DNA from: Tissierellia bacterium
GTDB taxonomy: Bacteria > Bacillota > Clostridia > Tissierellales > Peptoniphilaceae
Length of the DNA stretch: 64,000 nt
Direction of reading: 5' to 3'
Assembly: GCA_030537815.1 (NCBI GenBank)
Contig: JAUNVF010000002.1
Coordinates: 4,349-68,348, forward strand
A program made the translations under genes and the position numbers. Shown piece after piece: positions 28,269 through 39,553 of this stretch. Position 1 is the stretch's first letter. Every line of letters begins with the position of its first letter. Below the pieces are notes generated by a model, which had not been told where the DNA came from, made no database searches, and saw only the letters and a program-made list of their open reading frames with translations.

Positions 28269-29765
28269 ATGTTTAAAAAATTTCAACAGCTGGGAAAGGC
28301 ATTTATGCTTCCGATTGCCATACTTCCCGCAGCAGGTCTTTTACTTGGAATAGGTGGTGCATTATCTAATCCAAATACAGTAAACGCATATCCGGTTCTC
28401 GGTAATTTCGTATTGCAGTCGATATTTAAGATAATGAGCGGCGCAGGAGAAGTTGTATTCGCCAATATACCTTTGATATTTGCAATAGGATTGGCTCTGG
28501 GTTTGGCAGATAAGGATAAGGGAACGGCGGCATTGGCAGGTGGAGTTGCTTTTCTTGTTTTCAATGCTAGTATAAAAGCTATGATAGGTATTTTTTCACC
28601 TGAAGGAACAATAATAGACACTGGAGTTGTCGGATCAATTGTAATCGGATCTGTCGTCGCTTATTTACACAATCATTATAGATCCATACAATTACCTCAA
28701 TTTTTAGGTTTTTTTGGAGGATCTAGATTTATCCCAATAGTATCTTCATTTTCAGCAATATTTATAGGAGCTATATTCTTTCTCATATGGCCACCTATTC
28801 AAAATGGTCTTATCAAAGTAGGTACGGGAATTGCGGCGATGGGAAGCATCGGGACATTTTTATACGGATTTTTGTTGAGACTGACTGGGGCTGTCGGCCT
28901 TCATCATGTGATATACCCTATGTTCTGGTATACTCCGCTCGGAGGATCGGAAGTAGTAGCCGGTAAACTTGTTGAAGGTGCACAAAATATATTCTTTGCA
29001 CAATTGGCTGATCCAACGCATCAAGGCTTGTTCACATATGGAACAAGATTTTTTGCAGGTAGATTTGCGACCATGATGTTTGGACTTCCAGCAGCTTGCT
29101 TTGCAATGTATAAGACTGTACCTAAAGAGAATAGAAGTAAGGTCATAGGATTATATTTTTCAGCTGCTTTGACATCATTTTTGACAGGTATAACTGAGCC
29201 GATAGAATTTATGTTTTTATTTGTAGCGCCATGGTTATATGTAGTTCATTCATTCTTTGACGGATTGTCATTTTTATTGGCTGATTTCTTAAAAGTCAGG
29301 ATAGGAAATACATTTTCAGGCGGGTTGATAGACTTTACTCTATTTGGAATACTGCAGGGAAATGATAAAACTCATTGGATATATGTTTTAATCTTAGGAG
29401 CTATTTGGGCTGTTTTATATTATATTTCATTTACCATATTGATAAAAAAATTCGATGTTCAAATTCCTGGTAGGATATTGGATGAGGGTGGATCGGTTCA
29501 GGTCGAGACAAAATCTTCGATAGCTGAGGAAGCAAAGGCTATTTTAGAGGCTCTGGGCGGAAAAGAAAATCTTGAAAATGTCGATGCATGTATAACAAGG
29601 CTAAGAGTTTCAGTAAAAGATCCTGCTAAAGTTGATAAGGAGAGATTAAAAGCGATGGGAGCGACAGCCGTACTCGAAGTTCAGGGAGGGGTACAAGCTG
29701 TATATGGAGCTAAGGCGGATTTATATAAAACCGCTATAAATAATATAATAGGTGAGGATGAATAA
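28269..29765 (+). CDS. PTS EIICB component (glucose/GlcNAc family; probably ManNAc-related)
   Basis: [39 protein letters not shown] motif DACITRLRV. Confidence 0.92.
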   Translation: MFKKFQQLGKAFMLPIAILPAAGLLLGIGGALSNPNTVNAYPVLGNFVLQSIFKIMSGAGEVVFANIPLIFAIGLALGLADKDKGTAALAGGVAFLVFNASIKAMIGIFSPEGTIIDTGVVGSIVIGSVVAYLHNHYRSIQLPQFLGFFGGSRFIPIVSSFSAIFIGAIFFLIWPPIQNGLIKVGTGIAAMGSIGTFLYGFLLRLTGAVGLHHVIYPMFWYTPLGGSEVVAGKLVEGAQNIFFAQLADPTHQGLFTYGTRFFAGRFATMMFGLPAACFAMYKTVPKENRSKVIGLYFSAALTSFLTGITEPIEFMFLFVAPWLYVVHSFFDGLSFLLADFLKVRIGNTFSGGLIDFTLFGILQGNDKTHWIYVLILGAIWAVLYYISFTILIKKFDVQIPGRILDEGGSVQVETKSSIAEEAKAILEALGGKENLENVDACITRLRVSVKDPAKVDKERLKAMGATAVLEVQGGVQAVYGAKADLYKTAINNIIGEDE

Positions 29766-30457
29766 TGGATAGAATAGATGCGATTAAAGATTCATTGTTG
29801 GTATCCTGTCAGGCTCTTGAAGATGAGCCGCTACATTCTTCTTTTATCATGGGCAGAATGGCAAAGGCTGCTTTGGAAGGTGGAGCGAAGGGAATTCGTG
29901 CAAATGGAATCGAAGATATAAAGGAGATCAAGAAAAATGTAGATCTTCCGATAATAGGTATAATCAAAAAGGTCTATGATGAAAATCCGGTATATATAAC
30001 TCCGACTTCAAAAGAGGTCGATGAATTGGTAGAATGTGGCTGCGATATAATAGCTGTCGATGCGACCGATAGGATGAGACCGGATGGGAAAAAACTCGAA
30101 GAATTCTTTTCTGAAATAAAGGAAAAATATCCTAAACAGTTATTTATGGCGGATACATCAACAGTAGAAGAGGCGGTAATGGCGGATAGATTGGGTTTTG
30201 ACTTTATCGGTACGACATTGGTCGGATATACAGAGAATAGCAAAGAAGACAAAATAGAAGCAGATGATTTTAAAATATTGAGAGAAATCATAGAAAAAGT
30301 TGAGAGTCCCGTTATAGCTGAGGGAAATATCAATACTCCAGAAAAAGCTAAGAGAGTGCTGGAGCTTGGAGCTTATACAGTCGTGGTCGGTGGGGCGATC
30401 ACAAGGCCACAGCTTATTACTAAATCTTTTGTAAATAAAATAAATGAGGTGAAATGA
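29765..30457 (+). CDS. nanE: N-acetylmannosamine-6-phosphate 2-epimerase
   Basis: [48 protein letters not shown]. Confidence 0.96.
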   Translation: MDRIDAIKDSLLVSCQALEDEPLHSSFIMGRMAKAALEGGAKGIRANGIEDIKEIKKNVDLPIIGIIKKVYDENPVYITPTSKEVDELVECGCDIIAVDATDRMRPDGKKLEEFFSEIKEKYPKQLFMADTSTVEEAVMADRLGFDFIGTTLVGYTENSKEDKIEADDFKILREIIEKVESPVIAEGNINTPEKAKRVLELGAYTVVVGGAITRPQLITKSFVNKINEVK

Positions 30458-30921
30458 TGTTTGATTTTTTTAAGAAAAAGAAGGGCGAGGAATTCGTCGC
30501 CTTTGCAGACGGAAAAGTGATTTTACTTGAAAATGTAAATGACGAAGTTTTCGCTAAGAAAATGATGGGAGAAGGTATAGCGATTGAGCCGACAGACGGA
30601 AATGTATACTCTCCTCTATCGGGAAAGGTCAAGAATGCATTTCCGACAGGGCATGCTTATATTTTAGAAGATTTAAATGGAGTTGAGTATTTAATTCACT
30701 GCGGCCTCGATACGGTTGAGCTGAAGGGCGAGGGATTTGAAGGCTATGTAAAAGAAGGAGACTCTGTGAAACAGGGGGACAAGATTTGCAAGATGAATCT
30801 TGATTTAATTAATGAAAAAGGCAAGGATACTGTTATAATAGCAGTTTCTGAAGAATTATTTAAAGATAAAAAATTCCAAAAGAATCAGGATGAAAAAGTC
30901 TCAAAAGGAGATATCCTGTAA
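30454..30921 (+). CDS. PTS glucose-family EIIA component
   Basis: [38 protein letters not shown]. Confidence 0.93.
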   Translation: MMFDFFKKKKGEEFVAFADGKVILLENVNDEVFAKKMMGEGIAIEPTDGNVYSPLSGKVKNAFPTGHAYILEDLNGVEYLIHCGLDTVELKGEGFEGYVKEGDSVKQGDKICKMNLDLINEKGKDTVIIAVSEELFKDKKFQKNQDEKVSKGDIL

Positions 30922-30924
30922 ATG

Positions 30925-30954
30925 AAAAGCCCTTATCGATGAGATAGGGGCTTT
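30925..30954. terminator. Bidirectional terminator
   Basis: AAAGCCCTTATC...GATAGGGGCTTT between convergent genes. Confidence 0.7.
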
Positions 30955-30961
30955 AATATAA

Positions 30962-31918
30962 TTATTTTTTGTATTCTACATTTATATTTCCAAATGTGAC
31001 ATTATTTTTTATGAATAATCGATGCTTAGGATTATTTGCAGGTTTATTTGGTATCGATGTATCTCCAAATATAGTATTTCCAGACATATATATTATCCAA
31101 TCGTCAGGGACTCTTAATTTAAGTGAGGAAAAGAAAATATTTGCATCCAGCCTTATATCTGACATATGTGGTTCTACTCTCGATAGGTCAATCCATGTAT
31201 CGGAAAAAATCGAGCTGATCTTTCCGCCTATAAAATGATCTGATTTGTATATTTTTTTATTTGTGCTGAAAATATAATTATCATTTAATTTATCTTCTTG
31301 CTTTATCTTGAAACCCTTGAGCTTATCAGAATTAACATTGGTATAAATTATATTGTCGACAAATATCTTTGTCTTCTTTTTTTCACGACTGCCCCCAGGC
31401 GCATCTCCTGCAAACCAATTCTCATCTTTGCTTTCATTTTTATCTTTTTTGGGATCTTCGAAATCTTTCGGATTTTCCTTTGTATCTTCGAAAGTCCATT
31501 TAGTTTCATTAGTTATATCAGACCATTTCGCATCTAATTCATCGGGATCGGTATCAAATTCAAATTTATACGCCTTTTCACTCTCGATTGATTCATCGCT
31601 ATTCGTCTTGCCTGATGAGTTTTTTGAAAACACCATGGCTACTCCCAATAACATCATTAAAACTCCCCATGAGAAAAATGCGGTCGATCTCAATCCGTAA
31701 ATAATACCTAATGAAGCTAGAAAGATTCCTATGGGAATCATGGCGATATTTATTCTTTTATCGCCTTGTCGATTTTTTAGTCTTATAAATCCGATTACAG
31801 ATACTATTATCGGCCATAGTGAAAATAATTTTTTGAGAATATATATGTCGTAAATTTGAGTTATGGCTACAAAAGCTCCCGCCACTAGGATTAATATGCC
31901 GATTATACTAGTAAACAT
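30962..31918 (-). CDS. LiaF-like cell-envelope stress membrane protein
   Basis: Four N-terminal TM segments (LWP motif), charged linker, C-terminal beta-repeat domain with IFS...IDL, LRVPDDW, IFGD and TFGNI. Confidence 0.7.
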   Translation of the reverse strand: MFTSIIGILILVAGAFVAITQIYDIYILKKLFSLWPIIVSVIGFIRLKNRQGDKRINIAMIPIGIFLASLGIIYGLRSTAFFSWGVLMMLLGVAMVFSKNSSGKTNSDESIESEKAYKFEFDTDPDELDAKWSDITNETKWTFEDTKENPKDFEDPKKDKNESKDENWFAGDAPGGSREKKKTKIFVDNIIYTNVNSDKLKGFKIKQEDKLNDNYIFSTNKKIYKSDHFIGGKISSIFSDTWIDLSRVEPHMSDIRLDANIFFSSLKLRVPDDWIIYMSGNTIFGDTSIPNKPANNPKHRLFIKNNVTFGNINVEYKK

Positions 31919-32078
31919 TTAATACCTCCAATTATTATAAAAGACTTCTTGACCCTATTATACATTAAATAATGCCTACATGGTACAAGTTTACAAATTT
32001 GTAATAATCATGGCTAAGGGCATTTATGGTATAATAATTAAGAGTGATAAAAGGAGAATTATAAAAGTAGGTGAGAAT

Positions 32079-32882
32079 GTGAAATTAAGCGAGAAGCAAT
32101 TAGAGAATATAGCTTTGGGAATGATTGATTGGATAAGGCAAAATATGAATAAAATCGGAGCTAAAAAGGCTGTGATAGGTATATCGGGTGGCAAGGACAG
32201 CACTGTTACTGCGGCATTATCCGCTAAGGCCATAGGCTGTGAAAATGTTTATGGTCTGATATTGCCGGCGAAGGAGCAAGAGGATTTATCTGATGCGATC
32301 GAAATTTGTAATTCTTTAAAAATTAATTACAATATCATAAATATTGGAGATATGGTCGAGAATCTAAAAAGCAGTATAATCGGAACGGGAATTTCTGTTT
32401 CAAGGCAAACTGAAATAAATATACCTCCGAGAATCAGAATGACAGCTCTCTACGCATATGCTCAATCGCTCAGCGATGCTCTCGTTGTAAATACTTCAAA
32501 TTTATCTGAAGACTGGATAGGTTATGCGACTGTTTACGGTGACACTGCCGGAGCTTTTTCTCCTATGGCGACCTTGACATCGGATGAGGTTATACAGGTT
32601 GGAAGATATCTCGGAGTCGCTGATAGATTTCTTGAAAAACCACCGGCCGACGGTTTAACTGGAAAGACGGATGAAGAAGTTTTTGGTTTTTCTTATGATA
32701 TATTAAATAAATATTTAAGGACTGGAAATATAGATGATCAAGAGATAAAAGATAAAATTGATTCCATGCACAGGAGTTCTAGATTTAAATTTATACCGAT
32801 TCCAATCTATAATAGTGGCTTAAAAATATGTCCGGATGATATAGCAGAGGTGTATAAATTCGAAGACGATGATAAGAGGTGA
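32079..32882 (+). CDS. nadE: NH3-dependent NAD+ synthetase
   Basis: GISGGKDS, NIPPRIRM, NTSNLSE..IGYAT.YGD, KPPADGL.GKTDE; likely GTG start at 32079. Confidence 0.94.
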   Translation: MKLSEKQLENIALGMIDWIRQNMNKIGAKKAVIGISGGKDSTVTAALSAKAIGCENVYGLILPAKEQEDLSDAIEICNSLKINYNIINIGDMVENLKSSIIGTGISVSRQTEINIPPRIRMTALYAYAQSLSDALVVNTSNLSEDWIGYATVYGDTAGAFSPMATLTSDEVIQVGRYLGVADRFLEKPPADGLTGKTDEEVFGFSYDILNKYLRTGNIDDQEIKDKIDSMHRSSRFKFIPIPIYNSGLKICPDDIAEVYKFEDDDKR

Positions 32883-32885
32883 GAT

Positions 32886-33692
32886 ATGAATATACTTCTT
32901 AGAATTCAACAGAATTACAATAATCTTACTAAAAAAGAAAAATATGTGGCGGATTATATACTAAAAGAAAAATCGTATATAGATAATATAAGCATTTCAT
33001 CACTTGCAAAAAAGACGGAGGTTTCAGTTGGAACTATAACAAAGGTTTCAAAAAAACTGGGCTATGATAATTTTGTCGATATGAAACTGGCAATTGCAAA
33101 GACGGATAGGGGAAATCGGGATATTGACAATGATAATTTTGCGATAGTCTACGAGTTTTACAAAGAGATAGTAGAAAGGGCTAATGAGATTTTATCGGTA
33201 GAAGTCCTCCAAGACCTGTTGAAAGAGATAAATAGTCATAGGACTGTCCATGTCTACGGAATTGGAAGCTCCGGATTATCGGCGATGGAATTTCAGTATC
33301 GACTTATGAGATTGGGCTATCAGGTCCAAAGTAAGAATGAATACCATCAGATGATTATAAATTCAAATTGCCTAAATTCTGATGATCTGGTCATAGCGAT
33401 ATCAGTAAATGGTCAGACTCATGAGATAGTTGAGGCAGTTGAATTGGCAAAACTAAGGGAAGCTTATACAATTGCGATTACCAGTGCCGAGGATTCGCCT
33501 CTAGCAAAAACTTGCGATTATTTTATTCCTATCATAAATGCGGAATTTATAAAGGAACATGAATTTATAAATAGCCAGTTTTCAATATTATATCTTCTCG
33601 ATATAATATGTAAATTTTTATTGGAAGACGAAGTACGATATGAAAATTTCAATAAAACTGTAAAATATATTAAAAAGAAATACAAATATTAA
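32886..33692 (+). CDS. MurR/RpiR-family transcriptional regulator
   Basis: LTKKEKYVADYI, HTH region, YGIGSSG, ISVNGQT. Confidence 0.9.
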   Translation: MNILLRIQQNYNNLTKKEKYVADYILKEKSYIDNISISSLAKKTEVSVGTITKVSKKLGYDNFVDMKLAIAKTDRGNRDIDNDNFAIVYEFYKEIVERANEILSVEVLQDLLKEINSHRTVHVYGIGSSGLSAMEFQYRLMRLGYQVQSKNEYHQMIINSNCLNSDDLVIAISVNGQTHEIVEAVELAKLREAYTIAITSAEDSPLAKTCDYFIPIINAEFIKEHEFINSQFSILYLLDIICKFLLEDEVRYENFNKTVKYIKKKYKY

Positions 33693-33756
33693 GAAATAAT
33701 CGTCATCGATTTCAGGATTAAATTAATAATATTCCGATTAAAAAGGAGAGGTTTTT

Positions 33757-35331
33757 ATGTTTAAGAGAATTCTATCCCTATTTTTAGCATTGATTTTGCT
33801 TAGTACCGCAGTCTATGCAGATAGTCCAAAGAGGATTCAGGGAAAAAATAGATATGAGACGGCAGTTGAGATCTCGAAAGCGAGCTTCGATAAATCAAAT
33901 GCGGTTTTAATCGTAAATGGAACAAATTATGTAGATGCTCTTGCGGCATCAACTCTGGCTAATGCATTGAAATCGCCTATAATATTGGCGGAGAAAGATT
34001 TTATACCCGAAGTGAGCAGCACTGAAATACTTAGACTTGGTGCATCTCAAGCCATTGTACTTGGAGGTGTAAAGACATTATCCGATAAAGTCGAAAAGCA
34101 AATCAATCAATTGGGATTGATATCGAAGAGGATAGCAGGAGAGGATAGATACGAAACATCGCTCATGATATTGGACGAAATCAGGACATTGGAGGAGATT
34201 AAGGAAATCTTTATCGCTTCAAATGAGGCCGATGCAGTAGCATCGAGCGCGTATAGAGCTTCCGATATCCCTCTCATATTGGTAAATAAATCAAATCCGT
34301 CTCCGAATATTGCCAAGATGATTGAGAAAAAGACTATTATCGGTGGCGAAAATTCGATATCAGAAGAAATTTTTAAATTTGTCGGGGCAGAAAAGAGGAT
34401 TGCCGGTAGCAATAGATTTGAAACGGCGACGATATTAGCTGATTTAAACAAAGCTAAAAGAGGAGTAGAGGGAAATCTTATAGTCAATGCATATGAATTT
34501 GTAGACGCATTTACAGTATCAACATATGCTGTAGCTAAAAATATGAATATATTATTGACGCCTGGAGATTATATCGAGGAGCATACGAGGGGATATTTAA
34601 AAAAGGATGATTCTCAGATAATAATAATTGGAGGGGAGAATTCCATCTCTGAAGATGCTTTGGAAAGGGACAAGCCTGTAAAACCGGCAGAGCCGGAGCC
34701 GGTACCCGATCCCAATCAAATTGACCCCAATAAGCCGATGATAGCATTTACTTATGACGACGGCCCGAGAAAGGGAGCGACTGATAAATTACTCGATATA
34801 TTAAAAGCTAATGATGTGAAGGCTACATTTTTCGTGGTCGGCGAGAGGATTTCAGGTCGAGAAGATCTATTAAAGAGGACGGTAGCTGAAGGGCATGAAA
34901 TAGGAAATCACTCTTATAGTCATAAAGATCTCGCCACCATATCATATGCAGATATACAGTCGGAAGTAAACAAAACACAGGAACAGATCAATGCTGTCGC
35001 CGGAGTATATCCAGTTTTGATGAGACCTCCATATGGAAGCGTGAATCAAAATGTAAAAGCTGCGGTATCATTGCCTTTGATAAATTGGTCTGTCGACACA
35101 GTCGACTGGAAAAGTCGAAATCCGGAATCCGTAGCGCAGATAATATTGAGTCAGGCAAAAGACGGAGATATAGTTCTGATGCACGATTTATACGACACGA
35201 GCGCATATGCATCTGAAAAGGTGATTCCCATTTTAAAACAAAGGGGATTTCAATTTGTAACTGTATCAGAACTTTTTAAATACAAGGGAATAAATCCTGC
35301 TCCTGGAAATCTTTACAGGAGTGGAAGATAA
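33757..35331 (+). CDS. Cell-wall-binding repeat 2 (three repeats) plus polysaccharide (peptidoglycan) deacetylase
   Basis: Signal peptide; RIQGKNRYETA, RIAGEDRYETS, RIAGSNRFETA; Pro-rich linker; TYDDGP, HSYSH, RPPYG, DTVDW, LMHD. Confidence 0.92.
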   Translation: MFKRILSLFLALILLSTAVYADSPKRIQGKNRYETAVEISKASFDKSNAVLIVNGTNYVDALAASTLANALKSPIILAEKDFIPEVSSTEILRLGASQAIVLGGVKTLSDKVEKQINQLGLISKRIAGEDRYETSLMILDEIRTLEEIKEIFIASNEADAVASSAYRASDIPLILVNKSNPSPNIAKMIEKKTIIGGENSISEEIFKFVGAEKRIAGSNRFETATILADLNKAKRGVEGNLIVNAYEFVDAFTVSTYAVAKNMNILLTPGDYIEEHTRGYLKKDDSQIIIIGGENSISEDALERDKPVKPAEPEPVPDPNQIDPNKPMIAFTYDDGPRKGATDKLLDILKANDVKATFFVVGERISGREDLLKRTVAEGHEIGNHSYSHKDLATISYADIQSEVNKTQEQINAVAGVYPVLMRPPYGSVNQNVKAAVSLPLINWSVDTVDWKSRNPESVAQIILSQAKDGDIVLMHDLYDTSAYASEKVIPILKQRGFQFVTVSELFKYKGINPAPGNLYRSGR

Positions 35332-35376
35332 TAAAAAGGCTATTTTCAAATTTGAAAATAGCCTTTTTATTATCTT
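35325..35376. terminator. 52-bp perfect palindrome, bidirectional terminator
   Basis: AAGATAATAAAAAGGCTATTTTCAAA|TTTGAAAATAGCCTTTTTATTATCTT between convergent genes. Confidence 0.8.
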
Positions 35377-36768
35377 TTAAATTATACTCGTGCACCATTT
35401 ATCTTTTTTATAATGATAATATGCGTAAAGATTTACAAATAAATTGCTAAGAAGCATACTTATCCAAATACCGGTTGAACCGAGATTAGTTAATTTTCCA
35501 AAAGCGAAAATTAAAGGAAGTCTGACAAGCCAAAGTCTGTACATCGACATTCTCATGCCGTATTCAGTATGGCCCGTACCTTGGAAAAAGCCTTGAAACA
35601 CACTAAATGCACCCATCATTGGCATGATGAATAATGAGTAGATTATATAATCCATTGCAATCGGCATAACAGCCATGACCTCATCGGGCTTTACGAATAT
35701 ACTGACAAGATGTTTTGCTCCAAAAAACATGAAAAATGCCCCGATAACAGAAATCGTAAAACTCAATATATGTGATTTTTTAAAACATTCTCTGACTCTA
35801 TCATATCTCTTGGCGCCCATATTTTGCCCTATAATCGCTGGGATCGCAGCGCCTATTCCCATAGTCGGTTGCATTAAGAGACTGGTTATTCTATTTACGA
35901 TACCATATGCCGCAAGTGTGGTAGTTCCATAAGCAGTTATGAATATATTTAAAAATATAAATCCGACAGATGAACTTGTTTGCCCGACTATGCTCGGGAT
36001 TGCGATATTTATTATTTTCTTTATCTTTGGAATTTGAATTTTTTGTCCTCTTATTTTAACCTTAATCTCGCTGTCGCTATTTCTTATAATAAATATCCCT
36101 ATTATCAACATTATATATTGCGATATGATTGTAGCGAGAGCAGCTCCTGCAACTCCCATATTGAATCCTTTTATAGATGTACCAGGAATGGTTTCAAATA
36201 TAAAAAGCGGGTCTAGGAAGATATTGACTATGGCAGCAATACCACTGGCGAGAGTAAATGATCTCGTATCTCCCTGCGACTGCATTATTGCACTCATAGC
36301 ATATGGAAGAACTACGGCCGGATATCCTAAAAAAGTGATAGAAAGGTATACTGAACTGAACTCGTATAATTCATTTTTAGCTCCCATAATTTTTACGATG
36401 AGAGGTGATGAGAAATATCCTAAAATAGTCACAGATAAAGCTAGAATTGCCGATATAGCTAATAGCTGATATACATAAGATGTCGTTTCCCTCTTTTTAT
36501 CAGCGCCGAGAAGTTGAGACAATAGGGAAGTTCCAGCTGCCGCAATCCCCGACCCCACCATTATAAAAAGAAATATGACATGAAATACAAAGACCGTCGA
36601 TGCAAATTCAGTCGCTCCCAGTCTTCCAAGCCATATGCCGTCTATTAAATTATAAATGGTTTGAATTAAATTATTGACCATAAGAGGTATGGAGAGGTGA
36701 ACTATAGCTTTAAAGACATTTCCTTCGACAATAAATTTATTGGATTTTATAATACCACCAGCTTTCAA
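35377..36768 (-). CDS. MATE family efflux transporter
   Basis: QTIYNLIDGIWLG, QSQGDT, NIFLDPLFI, GVAGAALAT, GQNMGAK; exact start uncertain. Confidence 0.9.
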   Translation of the reverse strand: MKAGGIIKSNKFIVEGNVFKAIVHLSIPLMVNNLIQTIYNLIDGIWLGRLGATEFASTVFVFHVIFLFIMVGSGIAAAGTSLLSQLLGADKKRETTSYVYQLLAISAILALSVTILGYFSSPLIVKIMGAKNELYEFSSVYLSITFLGYPAVVLPYAMSAIMQSQGDTRSFTLASGIAAIVNIFLDPLFIFETIPGTSIKGFNMGVAGAALATIISQYIMLIIGIFIIRNSDSEIKVKIRGQKIQIPKIKKIINIAIPSIVGQTSSSVGFIFLNIFITAYGTTTLAAYGIVNRITSLLMQPTMGIGAAIPAIIGQNMGAKRYDRVRECFKKSHILSFTISVIGAFFMFFGAKHLVSIFVKPDEVMAVMPIAMDYIIYSLFIMPMMGAFSVFQGFFQGTGHTEYGMRMSMYRLWLVRLPLIFAFGKLTNLGSTGIWISMLLSNLFVNLYAYYHYKKDKWCTSII

Positions 36769-37009
36769 ACTTTGTTGTGATTTTAGTTATCATTTAGACT
36801 TATTCTTATCAAAGTTAACAGTATCATTATAACAGAATTATTATATTTGTACAGAGATATTCGAATTGCTATCTAAGAATAAGCCAAGTTTTCAAGCCAT
36901 TTATCAATATCTTCTAATATAATTTATTATCTAATTATAAAATTTTTATCGAAATGCTCATTGTAAAGTATAATAATTAAATAGAAAATTTTAATCTCTA
37001 TATTTTTAG

Positions 37010-37056
37010 AAAAAGCTGTTACAAAATGATTATTGGTCATTTTGTAACAGCTTTTT
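37010..37056 (-). terminator. Terminator of the hcp-hemerythrin operon
   Basis: 20-bp arms AAAAAGCTGTTACAAAATGA / TCATTTTGTAACAGCTTTTT directly after the hemerythrin stop. Confidence 0.8.
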
Positions 37057-37608
37057 TTATGAATATTTTTCTTTTAGATTTTTTAAAATCAAAAGGTATT
37101 TATCGGATATATCTTTATTTTCAATTTCAAGGTCCTTTGATTTGATCTCTATTTCTTTTTTTAATTCTTCGCTTAAAGCTCTTTCTGCAAATGGATAGAC
37201 CGCATTATTTTCTTTTTCTATATGTCTTTTCAAAAGATCAGAATAAGCCATAGCATATGTTATGATATCCAAGAGATTATCGTAATTTTTTTCTTCGTCA
37301 TATCTTTTGACTGCATCTAAGAGTGAGCCATTATAAAATCTCGCTAAGTCATGTTCGACGAGCATTCCAAAATTGACTAAGGAATTTGCCGCCTTTCCGA
37401 GATTTGTAGTCATATATTCAAATAAAACTTTCTCCTCTTTTGAATGATGATGACCATCTGCATAGTATTTTATAAAATCAAAAACAGATCTGAGGTCATC
37501 GGTGTCAAAATCTTCTCCCTTCAATGCCCTTTTACACATCTCTCTTATTATGCCAATCATCGTCAAAATATTTTCATGTTCATTTTCTAAAATCCTTATC
37601 GATTCCAT
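37057..37608 (-). CDS. Hemerythrin HHE domain protein
   Basis: L.NEH..I, YADGHHHSKEE..LF, MLVEH..AR, RHIEKENNAVYP. Confidence 0.9.
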   Translation of the reverse strand: MESIRILENEHENILTMIGIIREMCKRALKGEDFDTDDLRSVFDFIKYYADGHHHSKEEKVLFEYMTTNLGKAANSLVNFGMLVEHDLARFYNGSLLDAVKRYDEEKNYDNLLDIITYAMAYSDLLKRHIEKENNAVYPFAERALSEELKKEIEIKSKDLEIENKDISDKYLLILKNLKEKYS

Positions 37609-37626
37609 TTAAACCCCTTTTCTTAT

Positions 37627-39459
37627 TTATGCATTTAATTCCTCTAAAAGATTATCTACATTTACTCCATGCACCATGCATGCCTCTTCTATAGACTCTA
37701 ATTGGGAAGCCGGACAACCTAGACATCCCATTCCTGTAGAGTAGAGTATTTCTGCTTTAGTCGGATCTTTCTTTAGTAAATCTCCAATCAAAGTCTCTCC
37801 TGTTATTATATCTGAGTTGCGGTTTTCGGGGAAGAATAAATTTATATCCTCTTCAACGCTTTTAATCGGAGCTATTCCAAAATTTTCGACCAGAACCTTT
37901 ATTATATTGGAAGATAAAAATGCCGGTAGGCTCGGTCCGAGATGGATATCTTTAATTCCTAATGACAATAGGGCGAGAAGTACTATGACGGCCTTTTGCT
38001 CGTACCAGGCGATATTGTATATTATCGGAAGTTCATTGATATCTTCGAGTTCAAAGATATCTTTTAATTTAAGAGCTATCAATGCCAGCGAGTAAGAATC
38101 ATTACATTGACCCGCATCTAATACTCTCGGTATGCCGTCTATATCCCCTAAGTTTAGCTTATTATACCTGTATTTTGCACATCCGGCTGTAAGTATGACA
38201 GTATCTTTGGGAAGAGATGATGCAAAATCGGAATAATAATTTCTGGAATTATTTCTTCCATCACAGCCTCCCATGACGACGAATTTTTTTATAGCGCCGC
38301 TCTTGACAGCTTCGACGATTTTGTCTGCTAATTGGAAGACCTGATTATGGGCAAATCCACCTATTATATTTCCCTTTTCTATTTCCGTTGGGGGTTCACA
38401 TTTTTTTGCTAATTCAATGATTTCTGAAAAGTCCTTTTCTTCTCCAATATCGCCCGGTATATATTTGCATCCGGGATATGCCGCCGCTCCAGTCGTGAAC
38501 AGCCTGTCTTTGTATGAAGATTTTGGCGGGACGATGCAATTTGTAGTCATTAATATCGGTCCTTTAAATGATTCAAATTCGTCTTTTTGTTGCCACCATG
38601 CATTTCCGTAATTACCTACAAAATGATCGTATTTTTTAAATGCCGGATAATAATTTGCAGGTAGCATCTCGGAATGAGTATATATGTGGACTCCTTTTCC
38701 TTCCGTCTGTTTTAAAAGCATTTCCATATCTTTTAAATCATGACCTGAAATTAATATTCCGGGATTATTTCTTACTCCTATATTCACTTTTGTTATTTCC
38801 GGATTTCCATATGATTTTGTATTCGCTTCATCTAGAAGAGCCATTCCTTTGACTCCATATGCACCTGTTTCAAGTACCAATTCTATCAATTCCTCTAGTC
38901 CAATTTTGTCATCCATCGTTTTGACTAGAGCTTTTTGTATAAATATATCTATTTCTTCATCGTCTTTTAAAAGCATATTCGCATGCTTTGTATAAGCTGC
39001 TAAGCCTTTTAATCCGTAAATTGTCAATTCCCGAAGGCTTCTTATATCTTCATCTTGAGTTGACAGTACTCCAATAGATTTTGATTTCTCTAATAATTTA
39101 TCTCTCTCTATTTCAGAATATATGGCTGCATCAGAAAGTCCGTCTTTATTTTTTAATTCTATTAATAATCTATCTTTCAATTTTATCGTATTCAGAATCC
39201 TTTTTTGGATAGAGTCGATATCGAAATTTGCATTTGTAATCGTGGTAAATAAGTTTAAGCTTATTTCATGATTAATCTCCGATTCTATCTTCCTGCCTTC
39301 GTTTCTGAGTCTGATCAGTATATCTGCAAGCCCCTTTGTAATATATATTAAAAGATCCTGCATATTAGCTACATCCGGTTTTTTACCACATACACCGGCT
39401 ATGGTACAGCCTGTATTTTTTGCGGTCTCCTGACATTGATAACAAAACATTTTATTCAT
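37627..39459 (-). CDS. hcp: Hybrid cluster protein (hydroxylamine/NO reductase) with C-terminal DUF1858 disulfide domain
   Basis: MFCYQCQET...GC...GVCGK, ISGHDL, YTHSEM, TTNC, GGCDG, AGCAK, GQCND, WYEQKA; the tail carries [23 protein letters not shown]. Confidence 0.96.
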   Translation of the reverse strand: MNKMFCYQCQETAKNTGCTIAGVCGKKPDVANMQDLLIYITKGLADILIRLRNEGRKIESEINHEISLNLFTTITNANFDIDSIQKRILNTIKLKDRLLIELKNKDGLSDAAIYSEIERDKLLEKSKSIGVLSTQDEDIRSLRELTIYGLKGLAAYTKHANMLLKDDEEIDIFIQKALVKTMDDKIGLEELIELVLETGAYGVKGMALLDEANTKSYGNPEITKVNIGVRNNPGILISGHDLKDMEMLLKQTEGKGVHIYTHSEMLPANYYPAFKKYDHFVGNYGNAWWQQKDEFESFKGPILMTTNCIVPPKSSYKDRLFTTGAAAYPGCKYIPGDIGEEKDFSEIIELAKKCEPPTEIEKGNIIGGFAHNQVFQLADKIVEAVKSGAIKKFVVMGGCDGRNNSRNYYSDFASSLPKDTVILTAGCAKYRYNKLNLGDIDGIPRVLDAGQCNDSYSLALIALKLKDIFELEDINELPIIYNIAWYEQKAVIVLLALLSLGIKDIHLGPSLPAFLSSNIIKVLVENFGIAPIKSVEEDINLFFPENRNSDIITGETLIGDLLKKDPTKAEILYSTGMGCLGCPASQLESIEEACMVHGVNVDNLLEELNA

Positions 39460-39501
39460 AATAATCCCTCCATAAATCAAGTATACTAGTGCATAAATAA
39501 A

Positions 39502-39527
39502 AATTCCGTAACATAGGTTACGGAATT
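39502..39527. promoter_or_regulatory. HcpR-type operator upstream of hcp
   Basis: AATTCCGTAAC-ATAG-GTTACGGAATT with perfect 11-bp arms; the GTAAC-N4-GTTAC core resembles clostridial HcpR sites. Confidence 0.75.
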
Positions 39528-39553
39528 GAGATTGGAAGGATTTTTATAATCTC

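Noticed and set aside
31980-32078. N-terminal extension of NadE in the ORF track (likewise for yabO, murC, hcp and the FecCD permease)
   Set aside because: Downstream starts with better RBSs match the family N-termini; the extensions overlap promoter or terminator regions.
37010-37056. Second HcpR site (contains GTTAC and GTAAC)
   Set aside because: The half-sites are in the reverse order with a long spacer, and the position right after a stop codon with T-tails fits a terminator.
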